Shown: positions 9,592-18,608 of the stretch, in pieces
How the letters are laid out: every line of letters begins with the position of its first letter
Position numbering within the stretch: the stretch's first letter is position 1
Source of the DNA: Candidatus Odinarchaeota archaeon
GTDB lineage: Archaea > Asgardarchaeota > Odinarchaeia > Odinarchaeales > Odinarchaeaceae
NCBI GenBank assembly: GCA_016839265.1
Contig: JAEOUO010000002.1
Span: 1 to 32,000, forward strand
Length of the DNA: 32,000 nucleotides
Direction of reading: 5' to 3'
The notes under the pieces: model-generated
The model's input: the letters and a program-made list of their open reading frames with translations, nothing else
Database searches by the model: none
What the model was told of the DNA's origin: nothing
Program-made: the position numbers and the translations under genes

Positions 9592-10855
9592 ATTCCTGAA
9601 GCTCCTTAATGATCTTCTCCGCGACATCCACTCTGATCTTACCTATTTTAATAAGTTCTTCAACCACTTTGTCCACGATATCTTCACTGGCACCGGCTGT
9701 GATCGCGATATTTCTAGCATGTAATCGCATATGACCTTTTTGAATACCTTCAGTAGCTAAAGCTCTAATCGCTGCGAAGTTTTGAGCTAAACCCAGTGAA
9801 GCCGCTACCTCCCCTAACTCGTTAGCTGTTTTCACATTTAAAATTTTTATAGCTAGTTGAGCTATCGGATGAGCTTTAGTCGCTCCACCTACCAGCCCTA
9901 CAGCCATAGGTAACTCTATTGAACCGACTAGATTACCTTCACTGTCCTTCTCCCATCTTGTTAAAGGTTTATATTCACCGTTTAAAGCAGCATAAGCATG
10001 AGCGCCAGCTTCTACCGCTCTAGTATCATTGCATGTTGCTAACATTAACGCTGTTACCCCGTTCATGATGCCTTTATTATGTGTAGCGCATCTGAATATA
10101 TCCGCGTCCGCGAACGCATAAGCGTCTAATATTTTATCAACAACATCTTCACCGCCTAAAGCTTCTTTATCGAATGTTGCTTTAGCTCTGCATAAACGGT
10201 AAACCGCTAGGTTCGAAATAATTCTTAAACCAACCCGGCCACTTGTTATCTGAGCTATTTTTTCCGTGAGAGCTTCACACATAGTATTAACAGCGTTAGC
10301 ACCCATCGCGTCTCTAGTGTCGACAAGTAAATGTATGACGAGCATAGAGCCTCTTATAGAGTTTATTACTCTTACAATTATGTCCTTAGCCCCTCCACCG
10401 AATCTGTTTAAAACAGGATCCTGCTCATTCGCTATTTGTAAAAGTTCTATTTTATGTTTTAAAATTTCAACTTTTTTTGCATACGGGTCTTTAACATCAA
10501 GTACTTGAATCTGACCTATCATAATAGGATCTGTGCTAGTGGCGGTAAACCCTCCTCTGATTCTAGCGAGTTTAGCCGCATTCGAAGCCGCGGCAACAAC
10601 AGACGGTTCCTCTATAGCCATAGGGATTAGATAATCCTTTCCATTTATTAGAAAGTTAACTGCTATACCTAGAGGAATCCTAGTGGTTCCTATAACGTTT
10701 TCAATCATTTTATCAGCGATATTAGTAATCGAATCGTTAACATCTCCTAGAACCTCTAAATCTTTATCAGTCAATCCTGCAAATTCTTTAACAATTTCCC
10801 TTCTCTGAGTTATATTTAATTTATAAAATCCGCTAATATCCGAGGTTTTCACCAA
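9584..10855 (-). CDS. mvaA: Class II HMG-CoA reductase
   Basis: ENVIG, IPMAIEEPSVVAA, DAMGAN, HNKGIMNG, EGIQKGHMRLH. TTG at 10855 lies 5 nt after GAAGGTGA (ORF track 10897). Confidence 0.93.
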   Translation of the reverse strand: MVKTSDISGFYKLNITQRREIVKEFAGLTDKDLEVLGDVNDSITNIADKMIENVIGTTRIPLGIAVNFLINGKDYLIPMAIEEPSVVAAASNAAKLARIRGGFTATSTDPIMIGQIQVLDVKDPYAKKVEILKHKIELLQIANEQDPVLNRFGGGAKDIIVRVINSIRGSMLVIHLLVDTRDAMGANAVNTMCEALTEKIAQITSGRVGLRIISNLAVYRLCRAKATFDKEALGGEDVVDKILDAYAFADADIFRCATHNKGIMNGVTALMLATCNDTRAVEAGAHAYAALNGEYKPLTRWEKDSEGNLVGSIELPMAVGLVGGATKAHPIAQLAIKILNVKTANELGEVAASLGLAQNFAAIRALATEGIQKGHMRLHARNIAITAGASEDIVDKVVEELIKIGKIRVDVAEKIIKELQESK

Positions 10856-11037
10856 ATCATTCACCTTCAAAATAATTTGAATAATTATTTCTCTCACTCT
10901 TATGTAAAAACTTTTCCAATAAAAATTTAATCAAAATTAAATTTAACTAACTAAACTTTTATTATAAAATACTCCAAAATCTTATATACTTAATACTAAA
11001 TCAAAGTTGTTTAAATAATATTTGGAGGTTAAAATTA

Positions 11038-11631
11038 ATGTCTGAAAAACAAACTTGGGCGGATCCTAGTCCATTAGGATTATTCGGATTTGGTTTAACA
11101 ACAATATTACTAAATTTACATAACTTCGGTTTATTAGGTGTTGCTAACACTATGGCTGTCGGCTACGGATTCTTTTATGGAGGTTTAGCTCAAGTAATAG
11201 CCGGTATAATTGATCTTAGAAAAGGTAATACTTTCGGTGGGACAGCTTTCTGCTCTTACGGTTTATTCTGGATAGGTTTAGCTACAGCTCTATCCCTTAG
11301 TTCAATGGGATTATTCCCGCTTGTGACAACTATCGACCTTGCTTGGACAATGTTCGTTTGGGGTGTTTTCACTACAATATTCTTTATAGGCTCATTTAAA
11401 ACCACTAAAGCGTTATCGTTTGTGCTAGGTAGCTTAGCTGTTTTATTCTATTTGCTTGCTATTTCTAATGCTGTAATATATCTTACTGGGAACACACTGC
11501 TCTTAACAATCACAGGTTTTGAAGGTATCATATGCGGTGCTAGTGCAATGTATACTGCTGCTGGAATAATCTTAAACGGAATGTATAATAGAACAGTGCT
11601 TCCGTTATGCCCTTGGCAGAAAAAAGACTAA
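11038..11631 (+). CDS. satP: Acetate uptake transporter (SatP/YaaH/GPR1/FUN34 family)
   Basis: ADPSPLGLFGFGLTT (NPAPLGL-type motif), GGLAQ, GNTFGGTAFCSYGLFW, about 6 TM. GGAGG RBS. Confidence 0.9.
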   Translation: MSEKQTWADPSPLGLFGFGLTTILLNLHNFGLLGVANTMAVGYGFFYGGLAQVIAGIIDLRKGNTFGGTAFCSYGLFWIGLATALSLSSMGLFPLVTTIDLAWTMFVWGVFTTIFFIGSFKTTKALSFVLGSLAVLFYLLAISNAVIYLTGNTLLLTITGFEGIICGASAMYTAAGIILNGMYNRTVLPLCPWQKKD

Positions 11632-11806
11632 TAATCGTCCCTCTATTTTTTCGTAAACCTTTTATTAACGTTAAGTTAATTTAACATATATTTAATCATC
11701 AACACATTTGATAGCGGCGGCAGCTTCTTAATATTAACAATTTATATTTAACTATTAAAATTCTCACAGATAGTGTTGATATAATATTTTCAATATGCAT
11801 ATTTTT

Positions 11807-12802
11807 TTAGATGTAGCCGTGTTCAGTATACCATTCGATTGTTTCTTTTAACCCTGTTCTTAAATCATATCGTGGGTGGTAGCCTAATTCTCGTTCAGCT
11901 TTTCCGATACTGTAAGCTCTATTAGAGCAAACTGAGTCCACGGTGCTGGTGTGGTATAAAAAGTTGTCTTTACCGAGTAATTTGTTTAAGCCTTGTATAG
12001 GTGCTATTAAAATTTTAGCCAGTAGTTTAGGTATATGCTTGGTGGGGGGTCTTCTACCAGTTAAATCAGCTAAGATTTCATATACTTGGTTATATGTATA
12101 TGCTTTCTCATCGCTGATTATATATGTTTGTCTATTAGATATATCGCTTTTTTCTAAAGCTAGTGTGAACCCTTCAACAACGTCTTTGACGTGAACGAAC
12201 TGGACTAAATTCTCTCCGCTGCCTACAATAAATCTTGTTCCTATAGAATTTTTAGCGAAAGATGTTATCGTCCAGTATGAGACGTCGTTTATATTTCGCG
12301 GCCCATATATTCCGGAAGGTCTTATTATTGTATAATTTAAACCTTTTCCACCATAGTTTTTAATTATCTCCTCAGCTTTTAGTTTTGATCTCCCATATTC
12401 ATAAGCGGGTTTAGGTTCAGTGTGTTCATCTCCTGGCGGATTTTTAACAGGGCCTATAACTTCAGTTGTGCTGCAATAAATAAATTGTTGAATTTTATGT
12501 TTTAAAGCAGCTTCAACTAAATGTTTTGTTCCTTCAACGTTAATTTTTTCATATAGTTTTTTGGAACCGTGGAAAGTATAATATGCTGCTAAATGGATTA
12601 CGACGTCAACTCCTTTAACTACTGCGTCGAGTGTTTCAGGTCTCCCTAGATCTCCATATCTGAATTCTGTCACCAAGTCTTTTATTAAATCTTTATTGCT
12701 GTTTTCTCTTATCATAGCGATTATCTTATATCCTTTATTTGCTAAGGACTCCACTAAATGGCTTCCTAAAAATCCAGTCGCCCCGGTTACGAGCGTTTTC
12801 AT
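11807..12802 (-). CDS. Extended SDR, NAD(P)-dependent epimerase/dehydrogenase (3beta-HSD/OleD-like)
   Basis: GATGFLG, HLAA, YCSTT, YGRSK (YxxxK), RPSGIYGP, FVHVKD. Confidence 0.85.
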   Translation of the reverse strand: MKTLVTGATGFLGSHLVESLANKGYKIIAMIRENSNKDLIKDLVTEFRYGDLGRPETLDAVVKGVDVVIHLAAYYTFHGSKKLYEKINVEGTKHLVEAALKHKIQQFIYCSTTEVIGPVKNPPGDEHTEPKPAYEYGRSKLKAEEIIKNYGGKGLNYTIIRPSGIYGPRNINDVSYWTITSFAKNSIGTRFIVGSGENLVQFVHVKDVVEGFTLALEKSDISNRQTYIISDEKAYTYNQVYEILADLTGRRPPTKHIPKLLAKILIAPIQGLNKLLGKDNFLYHTSTVDSVCSNRAYSIGKAERELGYHPRYDLRTGLKETIEWYTEHGYI

Positions 12803-12815
12803 TTAAACCAGCTCC

Positions 12816-14285
12816 TTAAAGTAACTGTGTTATCTCATATGAGTGTTTCACATCTCTTCTATATACTGTATATGTGAAAAGTGAGGGGATTGAAGCCCCG
12901 TCGTATGGTTCTATCGGACTTCTCATATACATGTCTGCTAGAGTTGTTATTCTATATACTCCAGTAGCTGGCAGCTCTTCTACTATTTTATTTTTATTAG
13001 GTTCGGATAAAGCTAAACCTACTGATTGAATTTTATCCACGTCTTTGAAGGCCGGATTTAAATGAGCTGACTCTATTATTTTAAGTACTTTAATTAAATC
13101 TTCTACAGCTATTATTTCTATAAATCTCCTCCTGTTATAGATACTAAATTCTGGGTGACTCTCCGCTAAAACGTCTAGAGTGCTTTTTTCTCTTGAAACT
13201 ATTATAGTCCATGGGTTTTCAAGGTTATTTGAGGATAATACTTTGGAACCCTTAAATTGGAGTGTTCGTCTAACACTCTGCAGCAGATACAGGTTTGAAT
13301 CTTTGGTTTTCATTTTAATTTTTCCCCCGATCACATCTAGATGTCTGCCTAGATTTTCAGCGAATTTGACTGCTTCTTCTAGTTTACCAATAAAAACTGC
13401 TTGTGTAGGTGAGTTGCAAAGCTGTTGATCGTATAAAACTATGTTTAACGCTAAGTCTTTAGCAGCTTCATTAGCTGACTCTGAATCAATTACTGCTATA
13501 CCTGTTAAAGGCCCGTTGACTACTAGACGAGGATGATATTGGTTTTCAGCTACAAGTTTAGCGATTACGGTTCTAGCAGGTTCAGCCCCCCAGAAATTAA
13601 CTACACCTATAGGGGTTTTTGTTAAAAGGTATTTAAGAGCCGTGCTGTCATGTGTGAAATAGCTGATGATTATCGCTGAAAGAATTATCTCAGCGGTCTT
13701 ATTATTTTCAGCTAATTCTTCTAAGCCTTTATAAACTTCAATAACACCGAGATAGTTTGAAATAGATGGTTTAAGTATTGTTAAATTCCCGGTTACTAGT
13801 GAGAGAGTGGTTGGAATGAGCGGCGGTATCATGGAATTACCGGAACTTATTATAAATACAGGTCCAGCTGGCATGTACCTGAAGAACTCGTTTTCAGATA
13901 TTTTAATAAACTTACAGAGACCGTCCACTCCTTTATTTAAAGCTGCTTCTAGATTGGTTTTAATATTCTCTTCGCTTAACATGTAAGCTACGAGACGAAA
14001 TTCCAAATCTATTAGACGCTCACTGTACCCTGTTAGCTCTGAGAGTGTTCTCTTCAAGTTATTTAATTCACCGGTATCTAGTTTCCTTCTCCAAATTAAC
14101 CCTAACTCATTGAATATTTTAAGTCTCTCTTCTATGGGTGTTTTCGCCAGGGCTGATTGAATTATTTTAAAATCTTTTATCATTTCACTTAAACTTTTTT
14201 CGCTGAGCTCTAATACTTCTATATCTCCAACTTTTTTTCTATTGAAATCACTTATATTTTTAGGTGTTAAAGGTTTTAACTCCAT
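12816..14285 (-). CDS. luxC: LuxC-like acyl-CoA/acyl-protein reductase (ALDH superfamily)
   Basis: GPVFIISSGN, ILKPS, NFWGAEPA, YDQQLCNSP (Cys290, matching the LuxC D-Q-x-x-C-x-S motif), C-terminal GVYRIT...EPYDG. Confidence 0.78.
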   Translation of the reverse strand: MELKPLTPKNISDFNRKKVGDIEVLELSEKSLSEMIKDFKIIQSALAKTPIEERLKIFNELGLIWRRKLDTGELNNLKRTLSELTGYSERLIDLEFRLVAYMLSEENIKTNLEAALNKGVDGLCKFIKISENEFFRYMPAGPVFIISSGNSMIPPLIPTTLSLVTGNLTILKPSISNYLGVIEVYKGLEELAENNKTAEIILSAIIISYFTHDSTALKYLLTKTPIGVVNFWGAEPARTVIAKLVAENQYHPRLVVNGPLTGIAVIDSESANEAAKDLALNIVLYDQQLCNSPTQAVFIGKLEEAVKFAENLGRHLDVIGGKIKMKTKDSNLYLLQSVRRTLQFKGSKVLSSNNLENPWTIIVSREKSTLDVLAESHPEFSIYNRRRFIEIIAVEDLIKVLKIIESAHLNPAFKDVDKIQSVGLALSEPNKNKIVEELPATGVYRITTLADMYMRSPIEPYDGASIPSLFTYTVYRRDVKHSYEITQLL

Positions 14286-14289
14286 TCTG

Positions 14290-15561
14290 TCATGCTCCTG
14301 GTTTACTCATCATCTCTTCTAATGTTCCACCGCATGCTCTCTGCAGCTCCCAGCCTTCTTCAGGTGTGAATCTTCTAATATAAGTGTACTCCTTACCATA
14401 GTACCTGTCCGACTTATGAGCTTTCATGAAATCGCCTGGATAGAATAATTCAAGCCAGGATGTGGTGAACGGGTTGAATATACCTAGAACTCCCTCCTGA
14501 CCTTCATCCTCCTCTATCAGTTCGAATGTTTTCGGGTCTAGTAGGAAGACATGTGATAAGGGGTGCGGTATTTTATTCATCACGCCAAAACGATCTATTA
14601 ATGCAGTTAACGTCTCCGTCATACCTAATACATCCATGAAAGGCACAGGCTGCTCTTCACCTGATTTATTTTTAGCCGTAAAATATTTTCTTGAAAGCTC
14701 CACTATCGTATCATATGGTGGTATATTTAAGAAACCTTTAGTTCCTCCGCCGGTTACAATAACCCCGCCTTTTCCTAGGTTAACAGGCGGCGCTGTGGTG
14801 GCTAGCTTGTATATTAGTTTTTTAAAAATATTCATTTTATCGAATTTATCTGCCATAAGGTAGACACCTGCCGGGGCTGTGAAAAAAAGTTTCGGCTCCT
14901 CTCTGCTTTTCAGAAATTTCACCACATTCTCTCTATTTAGTTCAAGTTTCTGCCAGTCTGTGGTACCGTCTTTGTTTCGAACCAAGTTCATTCCATATAA
15001 TAACGGAATATTCTTATTGTCAAGTGTTAAATCTACGAAAGCTACAAAGCTTAATTTATATCTTAACTCTGGAGCTGCCATGAATAGTGCTATGCCTTTA
15101 CCTTGCTCTAATATGTCTCCGTAAACGTATTCGAATAGATCTGTATTAGCTTTAATCATTATAGCTAAATCAAGGGGGCTCCTATATATTTTAACAGGTG
15201 TTTTACCTGTTGTTCCGCTTGAGGTGAAATATTCCCCTCCCGGCTCAACGTCTCTTATTAGGAATTGCTTCTGTCCTTCCCCTCTTAACATATCAGCGGG
15301 AACAGCTAGTTTAGCTAAATCATGGAAATCCGCATTTTTCGGGTTAATATCTAATTTCTCAAAGGTCTGCTCGTAGTATTCACTTCTCTTTGAAATAAAC
15401 TCTAAAGCTTCTCTTAATAAGTTTCTTCTAAGTTTTTTAAGGTAATCCGCGGATTTATTAAATAGTGTCTTATCGTTTATAAGATCCCAGATTTTCTTTA
15501 CATACGGATCTTTTAATAATACACTTTTTAAGGCAGTTTCAAATATTTCCCGTGAACCCAT
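14290..15561 (-). CDS. luxE: LuxE-like acyl-protein synthetase (adenylate-forming)
   Basis: FTSSGTTG, VTGGGTKG, DVLGMTE, PGD, C-terminal QRACG (Cys410, at the position of the LuxE acylation Cys). Confidence 0.75.
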   Translation of the reverse strand: MGSREIFETALKSVLLKDPYVKKIWDLINDKTLFNKSADYLKKLRRNLLREALEFISKRSEYYEQTFEKLDINPKNADFHDLAKLAVPADMLRGEGQKQFLIRDVEPGGEYFTSSGTTGKTPVKIYRSPLDLAIMIKANTDLFEYVYGDILEQGKGIALFMAAPELRYKLSFVAFVDLTLDNKNIPLLYGMNLVRNKDGTTDWQKLELNRENVVKFLKSREEPKLFFTAPAGVYLMADKFDKMNIFKKLIYKLATTAPPVNLGKGGVIVTGGGTKGFLNIPPYDTIVELSRKYFTAKNKSGEEQPVPFMDVLGMTETLTALIDRFGVMNKIPHPLSHVFLLDPKTFELIEEDEGQEGVLGIFNPFTTSWLELFYPGDFMKAHKSDRYYGKEYTYIRRFTPEEGWELQRACGGTLEEMMSKPGA

Positions 15562-15644
15562 TTAATTCACCTTAAAATATTTTTCTATTATTTTATGGAT
15601 AGATTTATTTATTTTTTTACTTTTTAATATTGGAGGGTGGTTGA

Positions 15645-16802
15645 ATGTGGAGTGAAAATGATATTCCAATCTCCCCTGTTTCTATAAGTGATATGGTTAG
15701 ACTTGTTGAAAAGCGGGATAAAGTTAAGGTTATTCGTTTCGATGTAGCTGAACCTTATTTTCCCCCTCCTGAAAAAGCTTTAGAATCAACTTGCAAAGCT
15801 GTTTTAGAGGGTTATAACCGTTATTCTCCTACTAAAGGTCTTGTTGAACTGAGAGAGGGGTTGAAAAATTTTCTTGAAGAGACTAGAAGCGTCTCCTACT
15901 CTATTGATGAAATAATTGTAACCCCAGGTTCGAAGTTTTCATCTTATTGTGTTTTTGCCTCTCTTCTAAAACCTGGTGACGAAGTTCTTCTTCTAACGCC
16001 TTTCTGGAGTAGTTTTAAAGCGATTCCAATGCTTCTAGGGATAAAACGTATTAAAGAAGTTTTAACAGACCCTCTTTACAAGGTTAACGAGGAGCGTTTT
16101 CAAAACGCTATTACTAAAAGGACTAAGCTAGTCGTTTTAAATACACCGAATAATCCTACAGGAGGTATCTTAGATAAATCAGATCTAAAGTTTATCGTCG
16201 ACTTAGCTGCTGAGAAAGGATTCTATATCTTATCCGATGAAGTTGATTGGGCTTATACCTATGACGGCCACGTTCACTATTCACCAGCTGCTTTAAGCAA
16301 TGGATTCGAGAGAACTATTATCACGGATAGTTTTTCCAAAGTTTTTTGTATGACTGGATGGCGTGTAGGGTTCGCCGCCGGTCCTAGAAACATAATAGAT
16401 AAAATGAATGTGATTCAACAACATACTGTGACAGCTCCTGTGACATTTGCACAAAAAGCATGCTTGGACATATTACTAGAATATAAAGAGTATGTGAAAA
16501 CTGTTGTGAGCTCAGCTTTAAGAAAACGGAATATGGTTGTAGAAGGGTTAAAGAGTATTACCAGACTAGAATCAACTCCCCCGCCCGGTGCGTTTTACAT
16601 ATTTCCACGTGACAGGTTTATGGTTAATTCGGAGACTTTAGCTGTTGAACTTTTAAATAAAGCGCATGTAGCGGTTGCACCGGGAACAATATTCGGGGAA
16701 GGCTCTGAGCATAATTTTAGGATATGTTATGCTATTCCTGATGAGGATTTAAAGGAGGGGGGTGAACGTTTGAGAGTTTTCTTCGAATCCGCTTCTACTT
16801 AA
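15645..16802 (+). CDS. PLP-dependent aminotransferase class I/II (AspB-like)
   Basis: YSPTKG..LRE, VTPGS, NTPNNPTG, SFSKVFCMTGWRVG, PGAFY, FRICY. The usual DExY reads DEVD. Confidence 0.88.
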   Translation: MWSENDIPISPVSISDMVRLVEKRDKVKVIRFDVAEPYFPPPEKALESTCKAVLEGYNRYSPTKGLVELREGLKNFLEETRSVSYSIDEIIVTPGSKFSSYCVFASLLKPGDEVLLLTPFWSSFKAIPMLLGIKRIKEVLTDPLYKVNEERFQNAITKRTKLVVLNTPNNPTGGILDKSDLKFIVDLAAEKGFYILSDEVDWAYTYDGHVHYSPAALSNGFERTIITDSFSKVFCMTGWRVGFAAGPRNIIDKMNVIQQHTVTAPVTFAQKACLDILLEYKEYVKTVVSSALRKRNMVVEGLKSITRLESTPPPGAFYIFPRDRFMVNSETLAVELLNKAHVAVAPGTIFGEGSEHNFRICYAIPDEDLKEGGERLRVFFESAST

Positions 16803-18510
16803 ATTTTTTGAATAGTCTCCACACTATCAACACTATAGGTATAAGGAAGGCTGCGTTTAACCCTATTATTTGAAGTATTATCATAAGCTGATCTGTTAAA
16901 GTGAGTGTTTCCGGTCTTGCGCCTAGCATCCAAATATAAATATTCGATAAAGAGCTTGCTAAAGTTATTATTGTGGCTAAAAATATGCTTAGAACAGAAG
17001 CGTAGGTTCTTATAAGACTCATTCTTGAACCTACATCTAGATTAGTTATATTTGTTTCATCTCTAGATATTTCAACCAGATTATTTATTTTTTCGAATAA
17101 AGTGTTTTTCATAATGTTTAAACCAGCTGTGATTTGAGCGTGGTTTAAGTAATTTCTATCGGGTATATGATTGATACTACTAGATATCCAGTATAAGTCT
17201 TCTAAAACCCCTATAATTCTTTTTCTAATATTAGCTACGTTTTTCACTGTTTCAATTAACTCTTCTACTTTAAGTTGTTTCGAGAGTTTTGAAGTTTCTT
17301 CACTGAGCAGTTTATTGAATGTTCTGAAGACTTTTTCTTGTACAACTCTCAGCTCCCATAATCTTTGAGGAGGTGAGAACGGCCCCATAGATATTAATGA
17401 TTTTCTCCGTATAAGCGGAAATGTAACTTCTATATGGACCCTAGGGAATGGTTTGAATATTATATCGGAGTAAGGGTTAAACCAGTCGGTTATAGAGTCT
17501 ACTATATATTCGGCTTTTCTATTCATCCATTGTCGGTCTGGTCCTCTTAAACCATAGATCTCCCAAGGATGGTTTCTGATAATATCCACGGCATTCGTAT
17601 GTTGTTCCCTGCATTTACAGTTTATATCCCATATACATATTGAATAATAATTAATTGATGTTTTATCTACTAAGTGGTTGATTATGTTCTTAGCTTCCCG
17701 CTCGTCTATTTCATATATTTTTTCAAGTATTTTAATAAAGTCCGCGTTAGCTTGGTGATCTAAATTGGTTTTTTCGCCTGTTCTAAGCTTGAAATTGCTT
17801 AGTTTTTTGATTAAAATAAATATTAATTCATCAACTGTTAAATCATTTTTCAACGTTAAATGCGGGATTCTCCCCAGCCATTCTCTTTTACCGGAGTTTA
17901 ATATTAGAAAATAGGTTATTGTTATAAAACCGCATCTGTAAATTGTTAGAAGTCGTCTAATATATCCTTTAACAGTGTTACTTGAATTCTTCCACTCGTT
18001 TGAATTAGTATCATATATTTTAAGTGTTACCGGGTTCATTAACTCTATAGGCTGAAGTTCAAAATGTAGAAACGGGTTATTTTTCAAGTATGTTTCTGAG
18101 AAAAGTATTTTGTCAATTCTATCAATGCCTCCGGTTACACCTGACCAGAAAATCCCCCAGTTTGAACCTGAGATTCTCTTTAAGATTTCTATTTTATCCT
18201 CTCGCCAATATAGTAAGTCTTCTAATTTTTTTTCAAGTTTATCACTGCTATAAGGGCCTGAGTTGAAATCAATGAAACTGTCTCCGTATAGGTACCTGCT
18301 TTCATAAACAGTTCGGTATTTCTCATGTAACCATATGTTGAAGCTGTATGTGACACCCACTGAAACACTTTTAAAGTGGAGTTCAAATTCTTTTGAAACC
18401 GGTTTCTTATGTTCTATATCCTCTATTTTTAAATTAACCAGTCCCATGTCTTTTCCTTCAATATAAGACATTAAACCACTCTCAGCATACGCTTCTCCAA
18501 TCGGTTTCAA
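16795..18510 (-). CDS. Hypothetical protein, large soluble region with two C-terminal TM helices
   Basis: 571-aa ORF with normal composition; two hydrophobic helices at the C-terminus followed by KKFK. No family recognised. Confidence 0.7.
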   Translation of the reverse strand: MKPIGEAYAESGLMSYIEGKDMGLVNLKIEDIEHKKPVSKEFELHFKSVSVGVTYSFNIWLHEKYRTVYESRYLYGDSFIDFNSGPYSSDKLEKKLEDLLYWREDKIEILKRISGSNWGIFWSGVTGGIDRIDKILFSETYLKNNPFLHFELQPIELMNPVTLKIYDTNSNEWKNSSNTVKGYIRRLLTIYRCGFITITYFLILNSGKREWLGRIPHLTLKNDLTVDELIFILIKKLSNFKLRTGEKTNLDHQANADFIKILEKIYEIDEREAKNIINHLVDKTSINYYSICIWDINCKCREQHTNAVDIIRNHPWEIYGLRGPDRQWMNRKAEYIVDSITDWFNPYSDIIFKPFPRVHIEVTFPLIRRKSLISMGPFSPPQRLWELRVVQEKVFRTFNKLLSEETSKLSKQLKVEELIETVKNVANIRKRIIGVLEDLYWISSSINHIPDRNYLNHAQITAGLNIMKNTLFEKINNLVEISRDETNITNLDVGSRMSLIRTYASVLSIFLATIITLASSLSNIYIWMLGARPETLTLTDQLMIILQIIGLNAAFLIPIVLIVWRLFKKFK

Positions 18511-18608
18511 TTAACAGATAAAATATAATACTCGTTTATATATTGTTTTAAGGTAAATATACTTAGCTGTTTAGAACTTTTAGAATACGTGGATTGAAGT
18601 GACTGTTA

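Noticed and set aside
10957-10969. Palindrome TTTTATTATAAAA between mvaA and satP
   Set aside because: Pure A/T in an AT-rich spacer; at most a bidirectional TATA element.
12816-15561. Bioluminescence operon
   Set aside because: No luxA/luxB, luxD or luxG in the window; luxC/luxE alone do not produce light.
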